A stretch of DNA of 63,552 nucleotides, the filler included, from Gonapodya sp. JEL0774 (taxonomy: Eukaryota): NCBI GenBank assembly GCA_027604505.1. It is 18 parts of 18 records of this genome, joined end to end, with 100 filler letters (N's around TTAATTAATTAA, not from the genome) between each part and the next. Parts side by side here need not be neighbours in the genome. Positions count along the whole stretch, not along the records: positions 10,637 to 14,078 come from JADIIX010001285.1; positions 14,179 to 17,619 come from JADIIX010001286.1; positions 17,720 to 21,160 come from JADIIX010001287.1; positions 21,261 to 24,700 come from JADIIX010001288.1; 14 more parts are not named here. One strand, 5' to 3'. This document shows, piece after piece, positions 11,948-24,800 of the stretch; positions within the stretch are counted from its first letter, which is position 1, and each line of letters begins with the position of its first letter. The notes below the pieces were generated by a model that was given only the letters and a program-made list of their open reading frames with translations, was not told where the DNA came from and ran no database searches. The translations under genes were made by a program, and so were the position numbers.

Positions 11948-12563
11948 CGAAAAGAATGGATGGAAAGCTGTTCGTGTTGGCGGTGGGCTCCATGTTTTAT
12001 GGGCGTTTGCTGAGGCGGTGTTTGCGAATCGCACTTGCCCCCGCGCATATATTGCAGTGTATACCCTGATATACAGTTCCGGTGAACAAATTGAAAACGG
12101 AAAGAGCGCTTTTGCTTGTACGGCTTTCACCCTCGAGTCATGCTCCGATGTTATTAACTGCTACCATCTCCCATCAACTAGTTATCATACTAGGTGGCGG
12201 AACCACTATACGCTGTCGTATACGTGAGATTCTTCTAGCAGGTCAAAAGCGCTGCTACATCAAATTTTTCTTGATTATGTTTACAGATCTGATCAGCCCC
12301 GGATAAGTTGTTCATGGACAATAGTTTGGCCACCTTGGGTTCCCTGACTACATATCTGTCACATTCTGTCAGTGACACGTAGTCCTGCAATATGTGTGTA
12401 TTTTTACCACTGAAGCCAGGAAATTGAATTGTCTAGCACTGAGAGCTTTACAGTGTTCATTTTTCCTACGACCAAAATTCCACCTTCTTTCTGCCACAGG
12501 TACAAAGCTACCAAAAGCCCTGGATGTATTTGTTACAAATAGAAAAGCTCAAGAACGTATGTG

Positions 12564-12887
12564 CTAGAGATCCTCGTCCTGGAAGTCGGGAATCACAGCT
12601 GTCAACTCTTCCATTTTCCCCGAGTACTGCACCCATTTGTCAATCAGCGCCGACACATCGTCCTCCCCAAAAGGCCCACACATTCTGAGACCATCATCCT
12701 CCTCGGATCTCTTTCTTCGCCGCTCGCGCGCCAACTCCCGCGCGGCTACGTTAGCCGGCTGACTGAAGATGGACACGAGGTGACGGTTGAGTGCCCCTGT
12801 AGGAAATCCGAGACGATGGTCAAGGTAGCAGCCCACGGCAAGAAGAATTTCGGGAGGAAGATCCTGGAGGTGGGTGGCTGGGGCCAT
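12564..12887 (-). CDS. Short F-box-like protein or truncated paralogue of the neighbouring ankyrin gene
   Basis: LQDLPPEILLAV (F-box-like), then HRLGFPTGALN..L...F..P..VAAR, shared with the gene at 13131; stops after 107 aa. Confidence 0.55.
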   Translation of the reverse strand: MAPATHLQDLPPEILLAVGCYLDHRLGFPTGALNRHLVSIFSQPANVAARELARERRRKRSEEDDGLRMCGPFGEDDVSALIDKWVQYSGKMEELTAVIPDFQDEDL

Positions 12888-13130
12888 TGGGTTGGTGTAT
12901 TTGACTCGAGTATGAGAGCGAGATCAGGGGGAGGGTTGCACGCGGTTGATTGGATAAAGGGCGCCAATGGATGCCGAACAGAAGCGAGCTACATAGCTGG
13001 CAGCATAACAGAAGTAGGTTCGTCGAATTGGTGAAAATCACCGGAGCAGAAGAGTTTGATTCAACACATGTGGCTTTTCATTCATTACTGTGGACTGTCC
13101 ACATTGCTTGACTTCAACCCCTCGGCAACA

Positions 13131-14078
13131 ATGGATGGAAACTCTCCAGCCAACGCAACATTCCCTCTGCTCTCTCTCCCTTATGAGCTCCTGTCTCTCG
13201 TCTCCTCCTTTTGGTCCCTCCACCGACTCGGCCTCCCCACCGAATCCCTCAATACCCAACTTCTCGCTCCATTCAGAGACCCCAACGCTATCGCTGCCCG
13301 GGCTGTACGCAGATTCTCGTCTCCTTTTTGGGCAGTCTTCTTTGAATGCAGACGTGCCGATATGAGCGATCTGTCGGTCCTACGAGCTCTTGTTCCACAT
13401 GTCCTCGCACCTCGCAGCGAGCACGTCACCGAGGCACAACCACTCTCCAATTGGCTGCAGTTTGTTGTGGAAAGTCTGGCCGATCGAGGCATCTCCGAAA
13501 TTATCTCGATGATCCTAGATGGGAGTCACGTGCTCATCGAAACGGGGACGGCTCTTGTAAAAGCCGTGCGGGGAAATCATCCAGTGGCTGCGAACATGCT
13601 CATCTCTGTGGGACAGCAGCAAGCGTTCTTGAATGATTCCTTTCTAATGGCATGCCGTACAGGCAATTTGGACCTTGTGGTGACTTTGGTGGCAGCGGGG
13701 GCAGATATCCATACTCCGACAAAACTACACGTGTCCAGCACCAAAGACCGCGCCGTAGGAATATGCTGCGGTTCCGAGGGTGGTGCTGTTCACCTTCATG
13801 TCCTGCGTTATCTCTTGGAGCATGGGTGTGACGCGAACGCGTATGTGTCCGCCCGAAGGGGTGACTGCCCCTTGATGACAGCTACAAATACGGGGAACGT
13901 GGATCTTGCAACCCTCTTATTGGAGTTTGGTGCAAGGGTGCATTCACATATCTTGATAGCAGCTGTGTTGCGTGGCGACTTGGATCTGGTGAAGGTTCTG
14001 GTAGAGAAGGGTAGAGCAGACGCCAACGCCGACGGCGGGGAAGCACTTATCGTTGCGTGTAGAACTCGGCGCCTTGAC
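13131..14078 (+). CDS. F-box-like N-terminus plus ankyrin repeat protein, 3'-truncated
   Basis: LLSLPYELL..HRLGLPTESLN, then ankyrin units TALVKAVRGNH, ACRTGNLDLVVTLVAAGADIH, VLRYLLEHGCDAN, PLMTATNTGNVDLATLLLEFGA and AVLRGDLDLVKVLVEKG. Confidence 0.88.
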
Positions 14079-14178
14079 NNNNNNNNNNNNNNNNNNNNNN
14101 NNNNNNNNNNNNNNNNNNNNNNTTAATTAATTAANNNNNNNNNNNNNNNNNNNNNNNNNNNNNNNNNNNNNNNNNNNN

Positions 14179-16276
14179 TCAGCACAAGCGACTGGGACTC
14201 GTGCTCACTATCGCATTCTACTTGGTATCCGCTGTACTTTCCGTGCTTGTTGCGGCTTCCGCTGGTGCCCAGACTGTGCAGGAATTCGTCCAGCTGGCTC
14301 AAGAGGCCGCTGCCGCTGGCGACTATGCAGGAGCACTAGACCACTACGGGTCCGCAATACGTGAGTTCTCCGGTCTCTTATCGCTGCAATACTCTAGCTT
14401 ACAGAGATTTGCTGATGGGTCACGTTCGCTGGGGCAACTCGGCACCCTCACCAGTCAAAGAACCCACCTCTTACCTCACATACTTCCGACGCGCAGCATT
14501 ATATGCCCAATTGTAAGCTCCCACCAGTTTAATGGCTCATCCAATGTACCCAGCTCATGCTCTCCCAAAAGGAACCGACCCCGTTCGGCCCTATCCGACT
14601 TTGCTCGTGTCCTCGAGCTCAAACCTGACATGATCCAGGCCCTTCAACAGAAAGGCCGTCTGGAATTCCTCGAAGGTGACCTCGATGCTGCAGAGAAAGA
14701 CTTGCAGGAGCTAACCAAGAGACACCCCGGAGAAGCTGATGTCGATGAAATGGTGAGTAGTTGCCCCACTGTTCGGATCACGAGAGAGTCTCGCAAATGG
14801 AAGTTTCAGGCGGTTGCGTTGCGTCAATGCACATCGTAACGGAGATTCTGAGGGGAAGGTGGTGAAAATGGACTCTTTTCTTTTGGAAACTCCCATGATG
14901 ACAAGTCTCATCAACCGGTTCTCCCAAGCTCTCCATCCTCCCCACCTCTCGCAACAATCTTCCCACCGCCCGACGGCTCCTCACTTCCAAATCCGCTGAT
15001 CCCGGGGCCGCTGTCGTTCTACTCGACGAGTTCCTCAGTCATCACCCAAACCATATCGAGTCCCGTCGTCTCCGCGCCAAAGCCCATCTCCTCAGCGGAA
15101 AATCCCACCTCGCCGCAGCCGACATGGCCCGAGCGGCTCAACTCGCTCCTGATGACGTGGATTTGGCCGCTCAGCTCGGTGACGTGTTGCTCCAGACTGG
15201 GGATGTCGAGGCCGCGCTCAAATCGGCAAAGGACGGGCTCCGCGCCGACCCGGAGCACAAGGGTTGTAAGAAACTGTTCCGGCAGTGCAAGCAGCTCGCC
15301 AAGAAACTGGCCCTCATCGCGGAAAAGACCGAAGCTGGGGACCACGCCGCCGCCGCCAACGCCGCCACGACAATGCGCAACGAACTACCCTCCTCCACCC
15401 CTCCCGCCCTCCGTCTCCGCATCACCGCCCTCCTCTGCTCCGCCGCCCTCAAGTCCAAATCCGCCGAACTTGCCGTCTCGTCCTGCTCCGACGTGGTCTC
15501 CTCCTCCGACCCCGTCACCCTCGACGCCCGTCTGGACCTCGCCGAGGCGCTCATGCTGGCAGAGGACTATGACGAGGCGGCGAGGGAGTTTTCGAGGGCG
15601 AACGAGGAGGCTGGGGGGGATCAGAGGGCGCAGGAAGGGGCGAGGAGAGCACAGCAGGCGGCCAAGATGGCCAAGAGGAGGGATTACTATAAGATATTGG
15701 GAGTGGAGGTGAGTTGTGTAGATGATTGGGGTAGTGGTTGTTCCAGCACGCGAATTCTGACTTGGGGCGTTGGTTGATACCTTTCTCCCAGCGATCGGCC
15801 AGCAAAAAGGAGATCAAGAAGGCGTATCGAAAGCTTGCACAAAAGTACCACCCCGTGAGTACTAAAGCACCTCCCTCTCTGCCTTTCGTTCTATCCCGGT
15901 TGTGATCACGGCATGTCCCTCTTACGGCACGGCATTCTCCTCTCCATGACAACAGGACAAAAACGACGACGCCGTTGGAGCAGCCCGTGAAGCCATCGAG
16001 CGGAAGATGCAGGACATCAACGCTGCGCACGAGGTTTTGTCGGACGATGGTAGGCACGACCGCGTCACTGTCCATTTACCCACCGTCACCACTCATCCCT
16101 TCTCTTCCGTCCCTCACCATACAGAACTTCGACAACGCTACGACAATGGTGACGACCCCAACGACCCCACGTCTCAACAGGGCGCGGGTGGCCAGCGGCA
16201 TCCGTTCCAGGGACAGCCGTTCATGTTCCAGCAAGGCGGGCCATTTGGTGGGCAGTTTCACTTCACGTTTCAGTAG
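14179..16276 (+). CDS. DNAJC3: ER DnaJ co-chaperone, DNAJC3/P58IPK (JEM1-like): signal peptide, TPRs, J domain; start codon off-contig or uncertain
   Basis: Hydrophobic signal-like stretch, several TPR exons, then RRDYYKILGV|..KEIKKAYRKLAQKYHP|DK..MQDINAAHEVLSD|ELRQRYDNGDDPNDP and a ..FHFTFQ* tail. The HPD motif is split by an intron. Confidence 0.9.
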
Positions 16277-16715
16277 GAGCTGAGGTGCTATGGTGTGGGT
16301 AGCGTGGTGGAGTGGTGGAGTCGCCCGGCGTGGGGAGACCGATTCGCAGTGGCCTGGGACGGTGGTACTCGTACTGATTGCATATTATTGATGGCATTTT
16401 ATCGTACATAATGTGAGCGCATGCACATGTCAATGAAGGTGCGAGAGTCCCGCACTTGACTCAACAATCCAACCCCCTGTGGGTCATGCTGGTGCTAGCT
16501 CAGCGTTCAGATCTAACACTGCAAGCAGATATATTCGCATGGGAAGATGAGGACGATCACTTGTGGCCTAAAGACAACAGTTGATTGGCAATCCCGCGAT
16601 CTCACCCATGCCGCTATGTGTTTCATCCGTATATTTATGGCAAGTTACAACATTCATAAAAAGGGATCCGTATATATAGGTACCGTATGCACCCGCAAAG
16701 CATACGGGCTCGAAT

Positions 16716-17619
16716 CTAATCGTCTTCTGACGTGGCCTCGATAACAGCAGGCAGCTGTGTTACCGCTTTCTCGCCTGTGGCTGCCGGAAACGCCTCGATC
16801 GAGGACAGAGAGCCTCGTTTACTACCCATGCTCGCCAGAATCGGTGACTGTAAAGGTGCTGGATGCGATTGGTGATCGGTAGATGTGGATGTGGATCGGA
16901 AGAACCAGATGGTGCGGCGGATCTCACGAACGGAGACTGGAGGTGAGAAGGATTGCATGACGTTAGGTATCGATAAGTCGAGCGAGAGGAGACAAAACCT
17001 TCATGTGAATCTCACGCATTGCCATGAAGTATATTATTCCCACCCCTGCTCTGATGATCGTCTGTGCGCTACCCAAGGGACTCGTAGTCGACGTCGCGGT
17101 GCCCCTAGTGGGAACAAACCGAACATATGTCACCTCGCCTGTCCAAGACAAGCCCCAATTCTCAAGTGCGAGTCGCTCACCCGTTTGAAATGCTGACGGC
17201 GTCTTGGATGGCGACCCATACGTTCAAGAACCCGATGAGGACGATCGCCAGGCAAAACGCCGAGATCCTAACGAACGCTTCCCGCGACACGAGCATCGTT
17301 TTGACCACGGAGCTGTTTCCAATGTTTTCCAGAACCTGACTGGCCATGTTCTTCTTGATCTCCCCGTTCGACACGGAGCCGACCAGAGTCTGGCCGGACC
17401 CGCGGACGCTCGGTCGGCGAGCACCTCCACTTCCTCCGCCTTGTTCCAACGTACTAGGTGCGGTGCTGGATCGGCGGTGCTTGGATTTTTCCATCGAGAT
17501 GATTTTGTGGCCAGTGGAGAACACTTTCCAGAGTATGGTCAGAGTGCAGACGATGCTGATGACGTTGGGAACCAATAGGAGGATGGCAGTCACAATGAGC
17601 TGAAAGGGTGGAGAAATTG
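16716..17619 (-). CDS. C-terminal half of a 7TM/GPCR-like membrane protein, 5'-truncated
   Basis: TM5-like ILLLVPNVISIVCTLTILWKV, a basic Ser-rich loop, TM6-like RISAFCLAIVLIGFLNVWV, TM7-like AGVGIIYFMAM|LSVREIRRTIW and a Ser-rich tail. Confidence 0.6.
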
Positions 17620-19789
17620 NNNNNNNNNNNNNNNNNNNNNNNNNNNNNNNNNNNNNNNNNNNNTTAATTAATTAANNNNNNNNNNNNNNNNNNNNNNNNN
17701 NNNNNNNNNNNNNNNNNNNTGCAGTGAGAACCGCAGTCATCTTTCAGTGGTGGGATCTGGGAAGTAAGTACACGCGGAGAGGGAGAAGAGCCAGGCTGGC
17801 GCGAGTTTGTGGGGAAGAGGGAGGCGAGGGAGGGCATTTGCGATGGGTCTGGAGGCGGGATCAAAAATGGTCAGACACACACCACCATGGACCAACCTGT
17901 CATGCCTGCCCTGCGGGTGGCTGACGATAGATGCATACCCTCCGAATCATACACACCTGACCAAAGGACCACAGACGGACAGAACTTAACGAGCAACGAG
18001 GGCAGACCTTCAGCCAAGGTGAAAAGAGCGGGAGATAGAGTGACCGTCACTGGCGGTGGTATCAGGACTCAACTCGCCAGACATTGCCGAGTTCGAGCCG
18101 TTCGAAAGTGACGGTGGACCAGATCGACCTGTTCCGGCCTCGCCCCTCACCTGGCCCCCTCTCCTCACCTCACCCTCCTTCCCACCCCACCTCCCTAAGC
18201 CAAGAATGGCGACGCGAAGTCCACCTCCTTGCCCACACTGTGGACTCCTGGTGAGGAGCTCGGAGGCATATACAAGGTTGGAGCACGTGCAGCCGCGGAC
18301 TCTGAGGTGATAGGAGGTGGTGGCGCCTGTGGGATCGGAGTTAAGCCAGATTTGGGTTGAGGGTGGAAGAGAGAGCTGGACGTGGTGGTGCTGGAACATG
18401 GGGCAGTGCAGAGACAGGAGAGGATGCGAAACCGGTCGACGGACCACCACGACAGCCGTCATGTCAGAGCGCTAAACAGTACCCACACGAATCACACCTG
18501 TTACAGCACATATTTTGATGAGCAAACTCGAGCGGAGTTGCCGTTACGGGGACAAGACATCGTCAAAGGGACGTACTGCGCCAAATTCTCTCCCGGTGCC
18601 CATCGAGCTCGGAGACGGTCGCATCAGGAGCCTGGAACCGAGAATGTGGGACGGTGGACCTTCCGTGCGAATAAGGTGGAAATGGCACATTAAGCTGTGG
18701 AGCGGGATCCAGTGGAAGGTCTGCGGAAAAGCTCGAAGGGACAGGTGCGGTCTGCTTTCTACCTTGCTCGGATCAAAAGGAGCGAGAGTGGTGTCGATTG
18801 ACAGATGGAAGTGCTTACGTGGTCTCCTTCCTTTCCCCTGTAAAACCTCACACCGTGCTCTCATGCCCTGATCCTCGTTCTCCACAAAACCCCAACCCAC
18901 CCTCAACACTCCAGCGAAGAAGAGGTACTTCCGGCCCTCTACCCACCCCGCATTATTCCCCACCCAATCGATTTGACGTTACACGCTGTTAGTTTCTCGA
19001 GCAAAACGAGCAAGTTACACCACAAAGAACTTACCAGACACCGACACACGTGTCCAGTTTAAGAACGACTCGATAAATAAGTTCCGGTGGGCGGAGCACG
19101 CGATTGATGGCTGAGTGATCCCGCGGTGACAACAATGCAGTCGATCGAAGTGGTGTCGGACTTTGTTTTGACAGGGCCTTCTTCCCACCGCGAGTCCGTG
19201 AAGTCGGTGAGGCAGCCAGGACCGTGCAGCTAACAGGAAGAGCGAACAGTGGGGCCCACCGCTGGTCGCTGTCGGAGGAACGTGTCTTGATCGAGTTGAA
19301 TTGGAGCCTCGACATATGTATATGTACTGCCCGTCTCAACAAACAACAAGCGAGCGGTGGGGTCAGTAAGGAAAGCGGCCGCTGGATAGCGGTATTATAG
19401 TAAGCGAATACAAACACGAAAGGATGTATGTCAAGGGCGGTTGTCTGCCAGGTCAATCCTTGGACGGCGGACACAGCTAACAATGTCTTCGACGGAGATT
19501 CGTTTATATTTTCGTGAAAATGAAAGATGATAGCGAGGCTCAAAACGATGCTACAATACAGAAAATAGAGCGAGAATAGAACAAAACAATACTGCGGAAA
19601 CTGAACATCAAATCCAATCACACATTCCAAAGACAACCGTGAATGAAACACGAACTGTGCTCTCCTTCATCATACGACAGGTATCTCTGAGCTCTCCCAA
19701 TGCAACAGCAATGTTCAAAAATGCCGAATTATGCAGTTGAAACCCGTTCCCGAGTTGTCTGAGATCACCATGCACGCGTTTCCCCATGA

Positions 19790-20562
19790 CTACAGGAGGT
19801 GCCGGCCAAACTGCGTCCCATGTTCTTGAGAGCCCTCGGCGCCCGAGAACGATTCCCAATTCTCTACAGAAAACGGAGTCAAAGGTCCGTTGTCAGGAGG
19901 GTCCTTTGTGATGCGCGAGTTCCCATAACTCTGGCCCACTGGATAGGAAGCGCATCTAAAGCGTCGACTGCGCGAAACGTAGCCACCAAGTTGCGAGCTC
20001 GTTGGTGTGGAGTGTCCCGAGTTGTGGAAAGGACTGTTTTTCAAGTCGAAGCCCGTATTGCGACCCGCATGTGAATCGAATGCGACCAGCGCGGACGTCA
20101 CGGAGCTTGATGAATCACCCAAGTCAGGTTGCGCTGCAACTGTTGAAGAGGTAAGGCTGGGCGAGCCTCCTTGCCGATGGCTTGAGGAAGGCACAACATT
20201 GAGGGTACTAGGTGGTGAAGGCGGCGTCGAGCGGAGAAACTCAAGGCGCTGGATGGAGAGCGAAGGATCGCTATTTCTTAAAATCCGTCGATTGAGCTGG
20301 ATGAAATCCGTGTTTCCCGTTTGTCTCCCTTGATCCCTCGAGCGGAATGTCCCCCGCCACTGGCTCCTCATAGAGTACCCACCAACTTTATGACCTCCTC
20401 CACGTCCAATGGAGTAAGACGAGAGACTGGTACGGATTTTCGGTCGTACACTTCTCGTGGGTAAGTCTGAAGGACCATGACCCGTTCATCCCAGCTTATC
20501 TTGCGACGATGATTTGTTGGTCGCTGAGACTGAACGCGGTCGCTTGACGAGGCGGTAGGCAT
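19790..20562 (-). CDS. Putative PP1 (Glc7)-targeting subunit with a Bni4/neurabin-like motif and a disordered Ser-rich tail
   Basis: Exon 1 reads RRKISWDERVMVLQTYPREVYDRK..RLTP; a phase-0 GT-AG intron joins it to the 19790-20371 frame. Confidence 0.6.
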
Positions 20563-21260
20563 TTGGAGCTCAATACGGTCGGTGGGGAATGACGATGCGT
20601 ACAGTTGGTGGGTCGTTGCTTTGCGTTTGTGGAATGGGGCTTGAACTCAGTGCCTGAAACAGGGGCAGGTTGTGTTTGAGAGAGAGGTTCAGGGTACAAC
20701 GTGAACATGAACCCAACCTTTTCAGAACGTTTCGCGAATTTGTTCGCCAATTTCATGTATCACGCAAGAAGATCCATATTGAGATCGTTAGGATTAAGCT
20801 TTCGTGTGGAGGAGGAGATTGCGGTCGGTCACGCGGACGGGCTCCTGTACTGGTTTACGCGCCAGGATAAACATTTGAGTGCTGACGTTCCGTCCTCTAC
20901 ATAAGTTCCAACGCGAGATAGAGAGCTTAAATGCTCATGGAAGTTGGCAAAATTGTAGCCCTCCGGGTTTGGCTACATCATTTGTCTCCCAGTGCTTGGC
21001 ACCCCACAAATCTCTCAAGGAACATTGGAAATCCGGGTGAAGCATATGAAGCCGTTGGAAACATTTCTACGGGAGATATAATGACGCCCCGTTGGCCGTT
21101 GGCAAATGTCCTTACTAAACTCTAAAATGATTCGCTCAAGTTGCCGTTTCAATCTAGAGTNNNNNNNNNNNNNNNNNNNNNNNNNNNNNNNNNNNNNNNN
21201 NNNNTTAATTAATTAANNNNNNNNNNNNNNNNNNNNNNNNNNNNNNNNNNNNNNNNNNNN

Positions 21261-22761
21261 TATTAATGCCCACCAAAGCGGCGTCGAATTCGCTCAAGTA
21301 CGTCTGCTCGGTGCCATTGGTTTGAAGGTATTGTTTGAGAAGGTACTCGTAGTACGAGTCCCCTCTTGATCCAAGACGAATTTCAGAGCCTGTAAACTGC
21401 CCGCTTACCGGGCTGTGAAAGAACAAATACTTAAATAAGATCGCGCGCTACAATACGACAAGGATACAACAGCGCACCTGATAAAAATGGGAACCAAACC
21501 ATCGTACTTCTCCAGTTTTCCTACAGCAACCATAACATCTTCGACTGCTTTCCAGAACTTGACCTCTCCGGTGAGGTACGAGAGGTAACGGAACTCCAGT
21601 TGCACAGTGGTTACCTCGGCGGTTGAGGAATCACCTCGATCATGAGAAGCCACTGCACGGCCAAGTGCGGGATTGACCGAGGCCAGAGGGATTTTGCTCG
21701 CAGTGTCGAATGCGAGGATGAGGAGGTTACCAACCTCCACTGCACGGTTTAAGAGAGCGGTGTCGTTTGCTCCGGATAAGTGATACGCGGAGAGAATTCC
21801 ACCCAATACTCGAATGGTAACTTCAAAAACATTTGCCTGAGAAGTAATTCTATGATAACGTTTAACAGAAAAGAAGGATTCGAGGTTGTCACTCACGTTG
21901 ACATCTTTCTCCAATTTCATACTCTTCACGACCCAGTCCCTCGCAACTTGATAATCGTCATTGAATCCCATTATAAGTGAGGTGTCCATGGCATCGATGA
22001 TCGTGAGTCCCATCCCGAACCAATCCCGACCACGTTGAGACAGTGGCTCTAGCTAAAATGCGCCATTGTTCATAGATATCAGGGTGACTACTATCCATTC
22101 ATCGCTGTAGAGATCGTACCTCGTCGTATCCCCAAGCGTACTTTCGATAACCGTCCCATGCGTGAAGGAAAGCTTTGGATACCTGTTCTCTGCGATCCCA
22201 CCAAATATCACCACTTGCAAGTGATGTGGATGAAGGGGTGCCCTCTGGCGTAGGACCTAGGGATACATCAGAAGAGAGTATGGATTCGGATGGGGCTGCA
22301 GTATCCAGGACAGTAGCGTTCTTGGTGGCTTTGGACACCTTCGCAGCTGTCCCCACTCCTTGAGCCTTTCCGCGGGCATTCGAAAGAGCTTTAGCAGGAA
22401 CATGACCACTATCGATCTCTTTATCGAAATTTTCCGTGATATTCGGAGGGTCGGTCGGGATTGTGACGGGAATGGTGGGGGTAGGAGCAGGTCGTCCCAC
22501 GTTCGTGTAAAGGAAAATCCCAACAAAGAAGAAGATGCCCAGTGCATAGAATGCTGCACGATTGGGATTTCGACGGGTCCATATTCGGAGGCTCGCCTGT
22601 TGTTTATTGGTTTCGCGGTCGATTTGCGTGTCAAATGATTTGGGAAGTGGTTTCACGATCTCCTTCGAACATACCGTCAGTGAACGCTTATGTCCTTTGT
22701 CCGCGGCGTAGTCGTAGCCATTACCCTTGTTAGGATTGTATGCGCGGTGCGTTGGCAGCAT
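21261..22761 (-). CDS. MNS1: Class I alpha-1,2-mannosidase (GH47, MNS1/MAN1B1-like), type II membrane protein, 3'-truncated
   Basis: N-terminal TM, then AFLHAWDGYRKYAWGYDE, GMGLTIIDAMDT, VFEVTIRVLGGILSAY, SSTAEVTTVQLEF and RLGSRGDSYYEYLLKQ. Confidence 0.95.
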
Positions 22762-22870
22762 TTAGTGTAAGTGGCAGGTCACATCAAGCTGAGGTTTCAA
22801 TCGCCTCAGGTGACTTCACTTCGATTCTTCATCGTTCCTCCCTTATCGAACTGCGAAATCCCCGGATTGG

Positions 22871-23755
22871 ATGGATTCCCTAGAACTTCACACAGCAGAG
22901 ATCCTTGCCCACCTTGATCAGCAAGGAATCACCTACATTAGGCGCAATCAGTGCGTAACGACACACGCGGTTGACGACATCTCCCTTCCCTCAACTTCCG
23001 ATTTCACAGTGCACCCGCAAAGACCATGGATGAGTCAGTAGGACCAATGGTTCTGTTTGAGAGCAGATTTTGGGCCCAGTTATGCTCGAGATTTGACAAC
23101 AAAACCCCATATTGTCCTTTCCACAGTCTGATGCCCATAATGAACGATGTCTTCATGAAAGGAGACGTAGTATTGAAGAAGTGAGTCCCATCCACCCCTT
23201 TTCTCGAGATTCTGGAACCATTGCCTGTTCTGCAACTCCCACGAATGAAGTCTATTCTTCAAAGACCGTAAAGGAACTCTGTTCCTCTGCTCTGTAGCTT
23301 CAGATACCACAGTCGACACGAAGCATTTGCAAAGGCTTCTAAAGGTGATTTGTACCGAACTTGGACTACGTTACAACGTCTGGTACTGGTTTCAATTACT
23401 AACTCTTTTGCAGATCTCCAACTCCGCCAATCTCCGTCTCGCAGCAGCCGACATACTTCATCGCGAACTCCAGACAACGCAAGGCCACTTATCGCCTCTT
23501 TCCGTTCTTCTAAAGAGCACCACCACGAGTATTATTTATGCACTGGACATCAAGGTGAAAACACATTCCGCGGATTATCATGCTCAACCAGTGCAAGGCG
23601 AGGGGAAAAGGATCTGGATGCACCCAGGTCGGAACGATGTGAGCGTCGGCCTCACACTGGAGGACTTTCAACGGCTTCTGGCAGGATTCTCGGAAAAGCA
23701 AGTTGAGGTGCGATGGTTCGATTTCGATACAGAGGCAAAACAATCCACAGAATGA
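22871..23755 (+). CDS. Spliced hypothetical protein
   Basis: Successive frames can be joined through GT-AG introns, one with a CTAAC branch point near 23400, ending ..VRWFDFDTEAKQSTE*. No family recognised; first exon uncertain. Confidence 0.45.
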
Positions 23756-23920
23756 CGCAATCGATCGAAGATCATATGTTTGATATTGCCAGCCGAAACG
23801 AATACATCACGCTGTCTGCACATTTTCTGTGTTTCGTCCCCATACACCACCCCAATCGCTAAAGTCTCGACGATACAGAATCGATGAGTACGCTCGTCAG
23901 AACCGATAGGGCATCACCAC

Positions 23921-24700
23921 TTACTTGCCATACAACTGACGTTCACTAGCGCCCTGGCTTTTGTTGATGATCTTCTGGAATCTGTGCCAGAGCAATCAAT
24001 TGAGTTGAGGGTTCAGCACCTTGATCTGCACATTACGATAGAAATTAGCTCACTTTTGGTACTCATCAGCTGCATTTTCAAGCTCTCCGGTTTGCTCCTT
24101 TGCTCCTCGATATTGAACCTGCTTAACGGTCGCCTGAACCCGTTTTGCTACCCCTTCAGTGGGAGTTTTTGCACAAGAGAAAATCAATGCAAAGGACGAG
24201 ATAGGAAGTACAGCTGAAACATACATTCTCCAGCAGTCATTCCGCTATCGCCGGCTCTCTCCGCGTCGACGAGCGGTGAAGGTACCGGCTTCAATGGCAC
24301 ATCGTCCTTTGCTCGCAAAAAGTAGATCAAGTTGAATCTCTCTAAGTCCCCGTGGTTACCAGGAGGCCTCATGACTCGATGCTGAGTGGACTTGAGCACG
24401 TTCCCAGTTATGAACTGAAGGGTATCGCCCAAGTTGCAGATCATTCCACCCGAGATAGGTCCAACCCAGCGCCATTCGTTATCTGTGAGGACTTGGAGAG
24501 CCACAACTCGGGGGTTGAACATCATGCTGGATCATTAAGAAAATCAGAGAAATTTGGACAAAAAAGGAAAGTTAAACTGCACTGCTCACGTTAGGCTTCC
24601 GTAATCAGTGTGAGCCTGTACCCGAATGTTGTCCCGCTTAGCATCCACGTCTGCGGAAATAGGCGGATACCGCCTAATCATGTTGAATGTTTAACTTTGA
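23921..24700 (-). CDS. 2OG-Fe(II) dioxygenase (IPNS/DIOX-like), 5'-truncated
   Basis: RYPP..AHTDYGSLT (HxD), LQV..WRWV.P..GMICNLGDTLQ..GNVLKSTQHRV (distal His), RFNLIYF; two further small exons lead to the stop at 23921. Confidence 0.9.
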
Positions 24701-24800
24701 NNNNNNNNNNNNNNNNNNNNNNNNNNNNNNNNNNNNNNNNNNNNTTAATTAATTAANNNNNNNNNNNNNNNNNNNNNNNNNNNNNNNNNNNNNNNNNNNN

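Noticed and set aside
17720..19700. Several overlapping ORFs of 60-200 aa
   Set aside because: No consistent spliced product or recognisable motif could be built; there may be a gene here but I cannot support a call.
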